A stretch of DNA of 64,000 nt from an uncultured Actinomycetes bacterium. GTDB lineage: Bacteria > Actinomycetota > UBA4738 > JBBDTT01. Both the position numbers and the translations under genes were made by a program. The notes under the pieces were generated by a model. The model worked only from the letters and a program-made list of their open reading frames with translations. It was not told the DNA's origin and searched no databases. How positions within the stretch are numbered: the first letter of the stretch is position 1; every line of letters starts with the position of its first letter. The DNA lies in NCBI GenBank assembly GCA_963742735.1, contig CAVUMN010000004.1, positions 320,001 to 384,000 on the forward strand, written 5' to 3'. Positions 1 to 9,477 of this stretch are shown piece after piece.

Positions 1-2
1 CC

Positions 3-509
3 CGCACCTCGACGTGGGACGTCCCGATCTACAGCGCGCCGTCCGCCGAGGACCCGCTGGTGCGCCAGCGGCTCGCCGAGCGGCCCGAGTGGGTGGACGG
101 CCTGACCTTCGCCTCCGGCCGGATGACCGCCGAGGTGGGACCGGAGCCCTTCCTCACCTTCCAGGGCGCCTATCACGACGCGTTCGGCCGGGACGAGGTC
201 GGCGTGACCACCTCCGCCGGCGAGACGGTGTTCCAGCCGCCCGACTACGCGATGTACGGCTACGACTTCGTGAACGTCCTGGCCGCGGCGATCGTGGCCG
301 CGAACGGGATCGACAAGACCGCGGTGCTGGACTTCCTGGAGCAGGTCGACGCGCGGGGCGCGAACGGCGACGAACGTGGCTTCAACGAGATCAACCACGA
401 GGGGGTCGTGGACGACGACGTGTACTTCGCCGTGTTCGACGACATGACGTACCGTCCGGTCCAGGACGATCCCCTGTCGTCCACCCTGGACGTGATCCCG
501 CAGACATGA
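3..509 (+). CDS. C-terminal part of an ABC transporter solute-binding protein (LivK/Peripla_BP_6-like); begins upstream of the window
   Basis: Frame is open from the window edge to TGA at 509; YAMYGYDFVNVLAAAI and FNEINHEG match the C-terminal lobe of the other binding proteins in the window. Confidence 0.75.
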   Translation, partial: RTSTWDVPIYSAPSAEDPLVRQRLAERPEWVDGLTFASGRMTAEVGPEPFLTFQGAYHDAFGRDEVGVTTSAGETVFQPPDYAMYGYDFVNVLAAAIVAANGIDKTAVLDFLEQVDARGANGDERGFNEINHEGVVDDDVYFAVFDDMTYRPVQDDPLSSTLDVIPQT

Positions 510-940
510 GACGCACCGCCGCCGTCCGCATGTTCGTCGCCCTCATCCTCGCCCTGTCTTCCTGCGCGGGCGACCCACCGGGCCGGCGGACCGATACGAC
601 CCCCATTCCTACCTGCTCGCTCGTACCGACGCTGCCCCCACCGACGGACCTTCCACCCAATTTCCCGACGCCCGCCGGGGTGGGCTACTACTCCGTCGAG
701 AAGGCGGGGCCGTCCACGATCCTCGAGGGCTACATGGTCGCGGTCACGCTCGAGGACGCGTTCGCAGCCTGGAAGCGAGCGTTCGATGTCGCGGGGTATC
801 AGGTCACCGACGAGGAACGCGAGGAATTCGACGCAGAGGTCAACTTCGCCGGCGGGAGCTCGACGGGCCAGGTTCGGCTCAACGCCGGCGAGTGCGCGGG
901 ATCGGTTTTCGTCGGCGTGACCATCCGACCGGGATCTTGA
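506..940 (+). CDS. Putative lipoprotein of unknown function
   Basis: ATGA overlap with the upstream stop; signal peptide with lipobox LSSC; Pro/Thr linker; LPPNFP motif. Confidence 0.75.
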   Translation: MRRTAAVRMFVALILALSSCAGDPPGRRTDTTPIPTCSLVPTLPPPTDLPPNFPTPAGVGYYSVEKAGPSTILEGYMVAVTLEDAFAAWKRAFDVAGYQVTDEEREEFDAEVNFAGGSSTGQVRLNAGECAGSVFVGVTIRPGS

Positions 941-2220
941 TGCGGCGCCGAGCGCTTGGGGTGCTCGGGGTGCTCGCGCTGGTGGCGCTGTCGGCTCCGG
1001 CCGGCGCGCAGGGCGCAGACGCGGTCCGGCTCCCGACGCCGCTGGACGCGATCGCCCTCGCGCCGGGGGCAGACCAGTTCCTGCTCGGCAAGGACTTCAA
1101 CGAGCGAGCGTTCCCCGGCCGGGTCCATGACCTTGAGCGCGTGGACATCGAACTGTCGCCCGACGGGTCGCCGTCGAGGGTGACGGTCGAGCAGCGACTG
1201 AACCTGGAAGGCCTCGGCGACTTCTCGCTGCGGATCCCGGGGCCGGCGGTGACCGTCGAGGCCCTGCCGAGCTCGGACTCGCGGCCCGGACTTCGGCGTG
1301 GCTCCATGATCTGGCAGGGGTTCTCGCCGGGGAACCGCAACCTCCACGCGCGGATGGAGCTCTACCCGGAGCGCGAGGCCCCACGGCTGCCGCTGAAGAT
1401 CACGTTCGACGTCACGGTGGACGGCGCTCCCCTGGAGCCCGGCGACTCCGCCACCGGCTCCTTCACCGCGGTCCTGCGCATCGAGAACGTCACCGCGATC
1501 CCCACGCGTATCAACCACGCCGACGCGGATCCCGAGGCGGCGGCGGGGGCCCTGGACGCGATCCGTGCCTCGCTCCTGGCGAGGCAGCGGCCCACGCCGG
1601 GAGCCTCGGGCGTGCCCAAGACCATCCCGGCGACCGACGTCACGACCCGGAGCGAGGACGTCGAGGCGCCGATCCGGGTGCACGGGTTCGTCGCGTTCGC
1701 CGCGACCCGGTTCACGGCGGAGGTCCGGGGGGGAGCCGTCGAGACGGGTTTCGGCGCCCCACCGCTCGTTCAGTTCGATGTCCTTCTCGGGGGCGGGCGT
1801 CCCCTGGCTCACGAGGTGCGGATCACGGGGATGGCCCAGAACCTGAAGCTGGGCAGCGTCGAAGCCGAGGCCCGGCCGGCCCCGCCCCACGCGATGCTCG
1901 TCCGCCCGCCGGAGGGCTTCGACACGTGGAGCGACGCGGTCGCGGATGGAGTCGCGACCGGCCGCGAGGTGCTGGCCCGGGCCATGAGCGCGATGTGGCG
2001 GGTGGCCCGGCTGCGGCTCTACGACGGCTACATCGGCAACCCGGACCCGATTGGCTCCGCGCGCTCCGTCTACTCCTTCCGGCTCGCACCGCCCCCGCCG
2101 CCGGTCGTGGTGGTCCCGCCGCCCCCGCCCCCGGAGCTCGGCACGTTCGGGATGGCCCTCGCCGGCTTCGCCGGCATCGCGCTGCTGTTCGTGCTGGCGC
2201 TGCAGTGGGCGCACGCCTGA
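940..2220 (+). CDS. Exported, C-terminally membrane-anchored protein with a YhgE/Pip-like N-terminal domain
   Basis: TGATG coupling; signal peptide ending AGA; ERVDIELSPDGSPSRVTV and LPLKITFDVTVDGAPLEP..ATGSFTAVLRIENVT; poly-Pro linker followed by a TM helix. Confidence 0.7.
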   Translation: MRRRALGVLGVLALVALSAPAGAQGADAVRLPTPLDAIALAPGADQFLLGKDFNERAFPGRVHDLERVDIELSPDGSPSRVTVEQRLNLEGLGDFSLRIPGPAVTVEALPSSDSRPGLRRGSMIWQGFSPGNRNLHARMELYPEREAPRLPLKITFDVTVDGAPLEPGDSATGSFTAVLRIENVTAIPTRINHADADPEAAAGALDAIRASLLARQRPTPGASGVPKTIPATDVTTRSEDVEAPIRVHGFVAFAATRFTAEVRGGAVETGFGAPPLVQFDVLLGGGRPLAHEVRITGMAQNLKLGSVEAEARPAPPHAMLVRPPEGFDTWSDAVADGVATGREVLARAMSAMWRVARLRLYDGYIGNPDPIGSARSVYSFRLAPPPPPVVVVPPPPPPELGTFGMALAGFAGIALLFVLALQWAHA

Positions 2221-2230
2221 GCGCGCGCGG

Positions 2231-2791
2231 CTAGGACGAGGGCGAGTTCGTGGGGATCGGCGAGCCGCTCTGGGTGTTGGGGTTCGCGCCGACCGTCGAG
2301 GAGTCCGGCGCGTAGATCAGGATCATCACCGAGTACCCCGGCTGGCAGAAGATGCTCTGGGCCTTGAACGCCCCCACCGCGGGCGGCTTGGTGAACTGGT
2401 CCTCGACCTCGCCGGGCTCGGAGTCGCCGCGCCCCAGCGTCCACCCGGCCGCCGGCCATTCCGCCAGGACGAATCGCGTGAAGGTGTCGAGCGCCGCGGG
2501 AACCACGAAGATCCCCCGCTTGTAGCCGTAGGAGTCCTCGAGCCGCTCGTACGCGTACGTGCCCTCGTACATCGGCAGATCCTCGGGAAGCCAGTCGGGC
2601 GCGTCGATCCGTCCCGGGTACTCGCACGGCGGGGCGTTCGGGTTCGCCGCCGTCGGCGTGGCCCCCCCGACCAGCGGGGTGAGCCCGAAGGAGAACTGAG
2701 GCGTCGGGCTCGTGGCCGGGCCGGTGGCCGGCGTGCACGCCGCCACGAGCGCGGCGGCCGCGAGCACGGCCGGTATCCTGAGGCGCTTCAC
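2231..2791 (-). CDS. Putative lipoprotein, similar to 506-940
   Basis: GTG start, KRLRIPAVLAAAALVAAC lipobox, WLPEDLP motif; it is the distal part of ORF 2231..3661. Confidence 0.75.
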   Translation of the reverse strand: MKRLRIPAVLAAAALVAACTPATGPATSPTPQFSFGLTPLVGGATPTAANPNAPPCEYPGRIDAPDWLPEDLPMYEGTYAYERLEDSYGYKRGIFVVPAALDTFTRFVLAEWPAAGWTLGRGDSEPGEVEDQFTKPPAVGAFKAQSIFCQPGYSVMILIYAPDSSTVGANPNTQSGSPIPTNSPSS

Positions 2792-2821
2792 GCGACCCCG
2801 CGCTTCGAAGGAGACCCTCCG

Positions 2822-3751
2822 ATGGCCCTCGTGCTGCAGGTGATCGTGACGGGGCTGGCCGCGGGCGCCGGGTACGGGCTGCTCGCGATCGGCCTCGCCG
2901 TCATCCACCGCCTGACCGGTGTGATCCACCTCGCGCTCGGCGAGCTGGTCGGGCTCGCCGTCGTGGTCACCCTGCTGGTCGTCGCGGGGCCCGATCTGGT
3001 CACGCCATCGAGTGTATCGGCCGCCTCCTACGCCGGAGCCCTGTCGGCCGGTGTCGCCGCGGCCGTGCTCGCCGGGGTCGGGACGTACTGGCTGGCCGTG
3101 CGGCCGTTCCTCCGTCGCGGGCTCACCCTCGGCTGGCTGGGGGCCGTCGTCGCGGTCGCGTTCGCCGTCCGGGGCGCGCTCGGCGCCGCCCTGGTCCGCG
3201 ACTCCTACGCCTTCCCCGACCCCATCCCGTTCGAGCGGGTGGGCACCGACGGGTCGCTCGTGCTGTCGGGCGGGGTGACGATCCCCGTCCGCGCGTTCTT
3301 CGTGTTCGCCGTGGGCCTGGTGCTGGCCGAGGTGACCGCCCGGGTGCTCGAACGGACCGGCTGGGGCCGGGCCCTGCGGGCGGTCGCCGCGGAGCCGGAC
3401 GGAGCCCACCTCACCGGGCTCCCGGTCGACCGCCTGCTGGCCGGGGCGTTCGCGTTGGCCGGGGGGCTCGCCGCGATCGCCGCGATCGTCCAGGCGCCGT
3501 CGGTCCCGGTGACGGTGGCGACGGGATCGCTCCTGGGCCTGAAGGGGCTGGTGGCGGCCGTGCTGGTCGGGTTCGGCTCGCCGCGGCGCGCATTCCTGGC
3601 CGGCCTGGCGGTGGGGCTCGTCGAGACCGCCGTGGCCACCTACGACATCGGCCCGGTCCACCTGGGGGCGGAGTTCCGCGACGTGATCCCGCTGGCGCTC
3701 GCGGTGATCGTGCTCGGGTGGCGCCGGCTCGGGACCCGGCCGGCCGAATGA
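2822..3751 (+). CDS. livH: Branched-chain amino acid ABC transporter permease (LivH-like)
   Basis: GLAAGAGYGLLAIGLAVI..GVIHLALGE and TGWGRALRAVA motifs; RBS GGAG. Confidence 0.85.
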   Translation: MALVLQVIVTGLAAGAGYGLLAIGLAVIHRLTGVIHLALGELVGLAVVVTLLVVAGPDLVTPSSVSAASYAGALSAGVAAAVLAGVGTYWLAVRPFLRRGLTLGWLGAVVAVAFAVRGALGAALVRDSYAFPDPIPFERVGTDGSLVLSGGVTIPVRAFFVFAVGLVLAEVTARVLERTGWGRALRAVAAEPDGAHLTGLPVDRLLAGAFALAGGLAAIAAIVQAPSVPVTVATGSLLGLKGLVAAVLVGFGSPRRAFLAGLAVGLVETAVATYDIGPVHLGAEFRDVIPLALAVIVLGWRRLGTRPAE

Positions 3752-5628
3752 GCCCGGCCCGGGCGTTCGCCGTCGCGTTCGGGCGGCTGGGAGCCGCGGC
3801 GCGGGTTGGCCTGGCGGACGCGCGGAGAGCGTGGTCGCGCAAGGCCGGCGCGTGGCTGTTCGCCTACGCGGCCGCCGCGCTGCTGGTCCCGTTCGCGCTG
3901 TCGTCCACGCGGCTGACCGACCTCGCGGTCGGGCTGTACGTCGCCCTGGCCGCCGTCGGGCTCAACTACGCGGTCGGGCTCGCGGGGCTCCCGTCGCTGG
4001 GACAGGGTGCGTTCGCCGCGGCCGGGGCGTTCGCCGTCGCGCTGCTGATGTCCAGGCTCGGGTGGGCGCCGGCGCCGGCCGTCCTTGCCGGGACGGGGGT
4101 CGCCGCCGCCGGTGGGCTCGTGGCCGGCGCGGGGGCGGTTCGCCTGGCGCCACCGTTCGTCGCGGTCTCGACCTGGCTCGTGGCGTGGCTGGCGTCCTTC
4201 GCGCTCGCCGCGTTCCCGAACCTGTTCGGCGGGGCGCAGGGGATCCCGGTGGGCCGTCCGACGGGCGCCGAGGGGATCGTGCCCGGGGGCGACCTGACCC
4301 CGGCCGGACACTTCGAGGTCGCGCTGGCGCTGCTCGCCCTGGCGCTGCTCGGCTACGCGGCCGTGCGTCGAGGGCCCGGCGGCATCGCCCTGTCCGCCGC
4401 AAACCAGTCCCCGGCCGCGGCGGCCGCGCTCGGCGTGGAGCCCGCGGGCCGCCGGCTGGGCGCGTTCGTCGCCTCTGCGGCGATCGGCGGGCTGGCCGGC
4501 GGACTGGCCGTCCAGGCCCAGGGCATCGCCGACCCCGGCGCGTACGGCCCGCTGCTCTCGGTGGAGCTGTTCGTCGCGGTGTTGCTCGGCGGCCAGGGGT
4601 CGGTCCTCGGCCCGGCCGTGGGGGCGGCCGTGCTGGTCGGGATCCCACCGGTCGCGCGGGCGCTGGCCTCCGCCACCGGGACCGGGGCCGACCGCGTCGA
4701 GGGCGTGGTCGCCGCGGCCCTGCTGGTGATCGCGCTGGTCGCCGGGGGGACCGGGGCGGCCGGCGTGATCGAGCGGATACGGCGGCGTCGCGCGCCCGGG
4801 CCGGAGCTCCACGGGTGGGCCCCGAAGCTCGCCGCCCGGAAGCGCCGGCGGCGGAAGGCGGGCCGCCCGGCCCTGGCGGCGTCCGGCGTGACGATCCGCT
4901 TCGGGGGCGTCCTGGCCCTGGACGACGTGTCGCTGGAGGTTCGTCCCGGGCAGGTCCACGCGCTGATCGGGCCCAACGGCTCGGGCAAGACCACGCTGCT
5001 GCGGATCCTCTCCGGCACGCTGCGGCCGGACGGGGGATCCATCGAGCTGCTCGGTCGGGACGTGACCGTGACCGGCGTTCGCGAACGGGTCCGCCGGGGG
5101 CTCGTGCGCACCCTCCAGCGCACTGCGGTGTTCCCGGAGCTCACCGTGGCCCAGCACGTGCAGGCCGGGGCGGACGCCCGCCGCTCGACCGGCGCGCTCC
5201 GGACGCTCCTGGCCACGCCGGACGCCCGCGACGAGACCCGCGCGATCGCCCGCGAGGGATGGATGCTCCTGGCCCTCGCCGGCCTGCGCGGCTCCGCCCG
5301 GGCTCGCGTCGGCTCCCTTCCCGGCGCCGAGCAGCGGCTGGTGGCGATCGTCACGGCCCTGGCCGCCCGGCCCCGCGTCGTGCTGCTCGACGAGCCGGCC
5401 GCGGGGATGTCCCAGGACCGCCGCGAGGACCTGGTCGGGCTGCTCGATCGCCTGCGCGGGCTGGGGCTCGCGATCGTGCTCGTCGAGCACGATCTGCGCC
5501 TGGTCCGGGCCGTGGCCGACGTGGTCACCGTGCTCGACGCGGGCACGGTGATCGCCCGGGGCACGCCGCGCGCGGTGGCCGCACGGAAGGCCGTCCAGCG
5601 GGCCTACCTGGGGGACCCCCGCGCGTAG
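3748..5628 (+). CDS. Fused LivM permease / LivG ATPase
   Basis: GLAGLPSLGQGAF permease motif, then Walker A GPNGSGKTT, LLDEPAAG and VEHD. Confidence 0.85.
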   Translation: MSPARAFAVAFGRLGAAARVGLADARRAWSRKAGAWLFAYAAAALLVPFALSSTRLTDLAVGLYVALAAVGLNYAVGLAGLPSLGQGAFAAAGAFAVALLMSRLGWAPAPAVLAGTGVAAAGGLVAGAGAVRLAPPFVAVSTWLVAWLASFALAAFPNLFGGAQGIPVGRPTGAEGIVPGGDLTPAGHFEVALALLALALLGYAAVRRGPGGIALSAANQSPAAAAALGVEPAGRRLGAFVASAAIGGLAGGLAVQAQGIADPGAYGPLLSVELFVAVLLGGQGSVLGPAVGAAVLVGIPPVARALASATGTGADRVEGVVAAALLVIALVAGGTGAAGVIERIRRRRAPGPELHGWAPKLAARKRRRRKAGRPALAASGVTIRFGGVLALDDVSLEVRPGQVHALIGPNGSGKTTLLRILSGTLRPDGGSIELLGRDVTVTGVRERVRRGLVRTLQRTAVFPELTVAQHVQAGADARRSTGALRTLLATPDARDETRAIAREGWMLLALAGLRGSARARVGSLPGAEQRLVAIVTALAARPRVVLLDEPAAGMSQDRREDLVGLLDRLRGLGLAIVLVEHDLRLVRAVADVVTVLDAGTVIARGTPRAVAARKAVQRAYLGDPRA

Positions 5629-5698
5629 GACTTGTCGCGGCGCCTTCCGGGAGAAACAATGAGGCGGCGTCCCGCCCGTTTCTCAGCGCCCGTGACCA

Positions 5699-7402
5699 AT
5701 GGACAGCGAACAGACGGAACGCGCAACCCCTCTTCCGCCCTCGCTCGAGGCGATGGCCTTCGACCTGCTCGAGCACCTGCCGGTCGCCCTCTTCGTCGCC
5801 GACGGCGCCGGCCGGCCCGTGTACATGAACCGAGCGGCGCTCGAGCTGGTGGGCGTGGGCGTCACGCCGGGGACCACGGTCGATCAGCTGCCCGAGATCT
5901 ACCAGACGTACGAGGCCGGGACCGACAACCCCTACCCGGTCGAGCGGAGCACCCTGGTACGTGCCCTGCGGGGGGAGACGGCCACCACCGACGACCTGGA
6001 GATCCACCGTCCGGACGGGATCGTCCGGCTGCAGATCACCTCGGTGCCGATCTTCGACGCCGACGGGAACGTGGCGTTCGCCGTGGCGGCGTTCGAGGAC
6101 ATCACCGAGCGCAAGCGGGCCGAGACCGAGCTCCGCCTGGGCCACGAGCTCGCGCTGGCCATCAGCGGCGCGGCCACGGTGAACGACGCCCTCGGCCTCG
6201 CCGTCCGCCGCGTGGGCGAGCAGACCGGCTGGCCGTTCGGCCAGGCCTGGGTGCCCGACGCGACGGGCTCCTACCTGGAGTGCACCCCGATCTGGCACGG
6301 CGAGGGCGGCAGGTTCGACTGGTTCCGCGCGTCCAACCAGGGGACCACCTTCGCGCGCGGGGCCGGCCTGCCCGGGGCCGCTTGGGCGACGCGCAAGCCG
6401 GTGTGGGTCGAGGACCTGTGCACCGAGGTCCGACCTTCGGACGCGCCGTGGCCGCCCGGGACGTCGGGCTGTGCGCGGCGCTGGCGGTTCCCGTGCTGGC
6501 CGGAGACGAGGCGGTCGCCGTCCTCGAGTTCTTCCTGGGCAGAGCGCCGCCCGAGGACGACCGGACCCTGGAGGTCATCTCCACGGTGGCCGCCCAGCTC
6601 GGCTCGTTCGTCCGGCGCCGCCAGGCCGAGGACGCCCTGCGCGCCAGCGAGCGTGAGCTCCGGGCCATGGACAAGATCAAGAACACCTTCCTGGAGGGCG
6701 TCTCGCACGAGCTCCGGACGCCGCTCGGGGCCATGCGGGGGATCTCGGTGCTGCTCGCACGAGACCTGGAGCGCGAGACGCCGAAGCTCTCGACCGCCGA
6801 GCAGCACACCCTGCTCGAGCAGCTGGCGGGGACCGCGCGGACGATGAACCGGCTGCTCGACGACCTGCTCGACCTGGACCGGCTGGTCCTGGGCATCCTG
6901 GAGCCCGAGCGGGTCCGGGCCGACGTCGGGGAGCATGGTCCGCCAGGCCATCGCGGACAGCGAGGACCGCCGGCGGAGCCGGGTCATCGAGATCGGACCT
7001 GAGCCGCGGGTGATGGGCGTGGACCACTCGAAGGTCGAGCGCATCGTCGAGAACCTGCTGTCGAACGCCGCGAAGTACTCCCCCGCCGACACCCCCATCT
7101 GGGTCCGGGTCGAGGCGCAGCCGCGAGGGGCGCTGATCGTGGTGGAGGACGCGGGCGCAGGGGTGCCCGAGGAGATCCGCGAGCGCATCTTCGAGCCGTT
7201 CACCGCGGATCGGGCCGAGCCCGAACACAGCCCGGGCTGGGCATCGGCCTGTCGCTGGTCGCCGCGTTCGCCCAGCTCCACGGCGGACGGGCCTGGGTCG
7301 AGGACCGGGAGGGGGGCGGGGCCAGTCGTTCCGGGTGCTGCTGGCCGACGGGGCCGACGACGCGGCGCGGCCTCGGGCCGGATCGGGGCGGCGCCCGCGT
7401 GA
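5699..7402 (+). CDS. PAS/GAF sensor histidine kinase (frameshifted near 6430, 6930, 7230 and 7325; probably sequencing indels)
   Basis: PAS (YMNRAA..EDITERKRAE), GAF (GAGLPGAAW), H-box VSHELRTPL, N-box ENLLSNAAKYS and GLGIGL are spread over successive frames. Confidence 0.8.
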
Positions 7403-8086
7403 CGATCACGCCTGGCGATCTGCGAGGACCACCGGATGCTGGCCGACGCCCTGGTGATGGTGGTCGCCGACGACGGCGAGCTCGAGCTCTGGTCGCGCCC
7501 CCGGTGGACACCGCCGAGGACGCCGTGGCCCTGTGCGAGGAGCATCGCCCGGACGTGATCCTGATGGACATCCAGCTTCGCGGGGCGGCCACGAGCGGGC
7601 TCGAGGCCACGCGGCGAGATCAAGAAGTCTCGCCCGACACCCAGGTGGTGATCATCTCCGGGACTGGGGCAGGAGCGGATGCTCGTCGAGGCCGTCGAGG
7701 CGGGGGCCTGCGGATTCCTGGACAAGACCGAGGCCGTCGAGGAGGCCATCAACGCGGTGAAGGCCGCCGCGGCCGGGGAGGCCCTGATCGACCCGGCGTC
7801 CTGTCCCGGCTGCTCCGCAGGCCGCCGAGGAGCGCGCCGCCACCGCGAGAGCGAGGACATGCTCACCGGCCAGCTCACGGCCCGCGAGCTCGAGATCCTG
7901 CAGCTCCTTGCCCGGGGGATGCGCAACGAGGACATCGCGCGGTCGCTGCACCTGTCGGTCCGCACGGTGCAGACCCACGTGCAGAACATCCTCGGCAAGC
8001 TCGGGGTGCACTCCCGGCTGGAGGCGGTCGCGTTCGCGGCCCGCGCCGGGATCGTGAACGTCGGCGGCCAGGTCGCGGAGGCCTGA
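7399..8086 (+). CDS. NarL/LuxR-family response regulator (frameshifted)
   Basis: ICEDHRML and PDVILMDI receiver motifs; HTH LTARELEILQLLARG..NEDIARSLHLSVRTVQTHVQNILGKLGV. Confidence 0.85.
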
Positions 8087-8087
8087 T

Positions 8088-8143
8088 CTACGTAGCGACA
8101 CGTAGGCGGCGGTAACGGAAACCCGGTAGCGCAAGTTACCGGG
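8088..8143. promoter_or_regulatory. Two inverted repeats (candidate regulator binding sites) upstream of the ORF at 8187
   Basis: CTACGT-N6-ACGTAG (8088-8105) and CCCGGTA-N8-TACCGGG (8122-8143). Confidence 0.4.
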
Positions 8144-8186
8144 CGCACCGGGTGGCCGGAACGCGGTCCCTTCCTATCGTCGGGCC

Positions 8187-8556
8187 ATGCAATTCCGCCC
8201 GCGGGTCGCCATCGGAGTCGAGCCCTTCATGGTCCGCTCGGCCATCCACACGGTCCTCTCGCGGGACCCCCGCATCGACGTCCGTCCTGCTCCCGCAGGA
8301 GCCCGACGTTCGCCTTCAGGCGCGCCGGGTCGACGCCGATGCGCTGGTCGTCTCTCACCAGGTGGTCCGGCCCGACGCCCTCGTGATCGCGCTGTTGCCG
8401 GGCGGGACCGTCGACGTCACCGACGGCGGGAAGATCCGCCGGGTGCCCTACGAGGGCATCTCCGCGCTCGTGGACCTGGTGCTGGACGAGCCCGGCCGCA
8501 CCGCCGCCCGCCGCCGCCATCCTGCCGCCCCGGCCAGGAGCCTCGCCGTCACCTGA
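8187..8556 (+). CDS. Hypothetical protein with a degenerate receiver-like N-terminus (frameshift near 8283)
   Basis: TATCGT -10 6 nt before ATG; RVAIGVEPFMVRSAIHTVLSRDPRIDV continues in another frame as VLLPQEPD..DADALVV. Confidence 0.5.
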
Positions 8557-8583
8557 CAGAGCTTGCCCGTTCCCTCCCGCGCA

Positions 8584-8643
8584 CCCCTCGGGAGGGGACG
8601 GACCAGACCAGCCGGTCCCTCCCGGAGCGCCCCTCGGGAGGGG
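8584..8643. repeat. Two copies of the 14-bp dyad CCCCTC-GG-GAGGGG
   Basis: Identical copies at 8584-8597 and 8630-8643, upstream of the gene at 8674. Confidence 0.6.
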
Positions 8644-8673
8644 CCGGTTTTCATTTGGGGATAGGGTCGGGGC

Positions 8674-9088
8674 ATGGACGACACCGTCGACGGGATGACC
8701 TCGAGCAGTTCGCCCGGATGGCCGTGGAGCTGCACCGAGTGCCCCAGGACGAGTGGGACGCGGTGGCCGCCGGGTTCGGCGTCGGGCCGGGGAAGGTCTA
8801 CCGAGCTCGGCGAGCGATGGCAGGCGAAGATGACCGCCGACCCGTCGCTGGCGCTGGCGCTACAACGACCACTACCAGCGGGCGATGGTCGAGGCGGGGA
8901 TCACCGCGCCCGAGCTCACCCTGGAGCAGTACGCGGACCTGCTGAAGACCGGCGGACCCACGGAGGCCAACCTCCAGCGGTACTCGATCGACCTGCAGCA
9001 GTTCTCGATGATCTCGCAACGCATGACCCAGGCGATGGGTTCGAACATGGCGCTGGCGCAGCGGTTCGCGCAGCTGATGATGCCCTGA
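8674..9088 (+). CDS. Hypothetical helical protein with an internal duplication (frameshifted)
   Basis: TAGGGT -10 6 nt before ATG; pieces LEQFARMAVEL, ERWQAKMTADPSLAL and LTLEQYADLLK..LAQRFAQLM lie in different frames. Confidence 0.55.
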
Positions 9089-9091
9089 GGG

Positions 9092-9265
9092 CTAGAGGCC
9101 CTTGAACAGGATCCCGACGATCATGACGATCGTCGCGGAGACGAAGAACCACACGCCGGCCTCCTCGAACGCGCCGCCGAACGTCCCGATCGCACCGATG
9201 ATGCACAGGAGCGCGGTGGCCGCGATCGTGGCGACCTTGGGCGCGCGGTTCGATCCCCAGGCCAT
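9092..9265 (-). CDS. 57-aa two-TM small membrane protein (absent from the ORF track)
   Basis: Hand translation MAWGSNRAPKVATIAATALLCIIGAIGTFGGAFEEAGVWFFVSATIVMIVGILFKGL; TGATG coupling to the upstream gene. Confidence 0.75.
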   Translation of the reverse strand: MAWGSNRAPKVATIAATALLCIIGAIGTFGGAFEEAGVWFFVSATIVMIVGILFKGL

Positions 9266-9477
9266 CAGAGGTTCGGGAGGAACGAGCCGGCGATGAGCAG
9301 GAGCGGCGAGCCGAGCAGGGCCAGGTAGCCCTCGTCCTTGCCGAGGCCCTCAAGGCCGATCTGGTTCAGCGCGTCGTTCACCCAGCTCATGGAGATCGTC
9401 CCGGTCAGGTGGAGGCCCGCCACCGTCAGGGCGAGCGCGAGGGCCATCGTCACCAACCGAGGCGCGTTCGTCTTCAC
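9265..9477 (-). CDS. 70-aa two-TM small membrane protein
   Basis: GTGA overlap with the holB stop; two hydrophobic segments; similar to 9092-9265. Confidence 0.75.
   Translation of the reverse strand: MKTNAPRLVTMALALALTVAGLHLTGTISMSWVNDALNQIGLEGLGKDEGYLALLGSPLLLIAGSFLPNL

Noticed and set aside
2089-2135. CCG-rich tandem repeat
   Set aside because: It simply encodes the poly-Pro linker before the TM anchor
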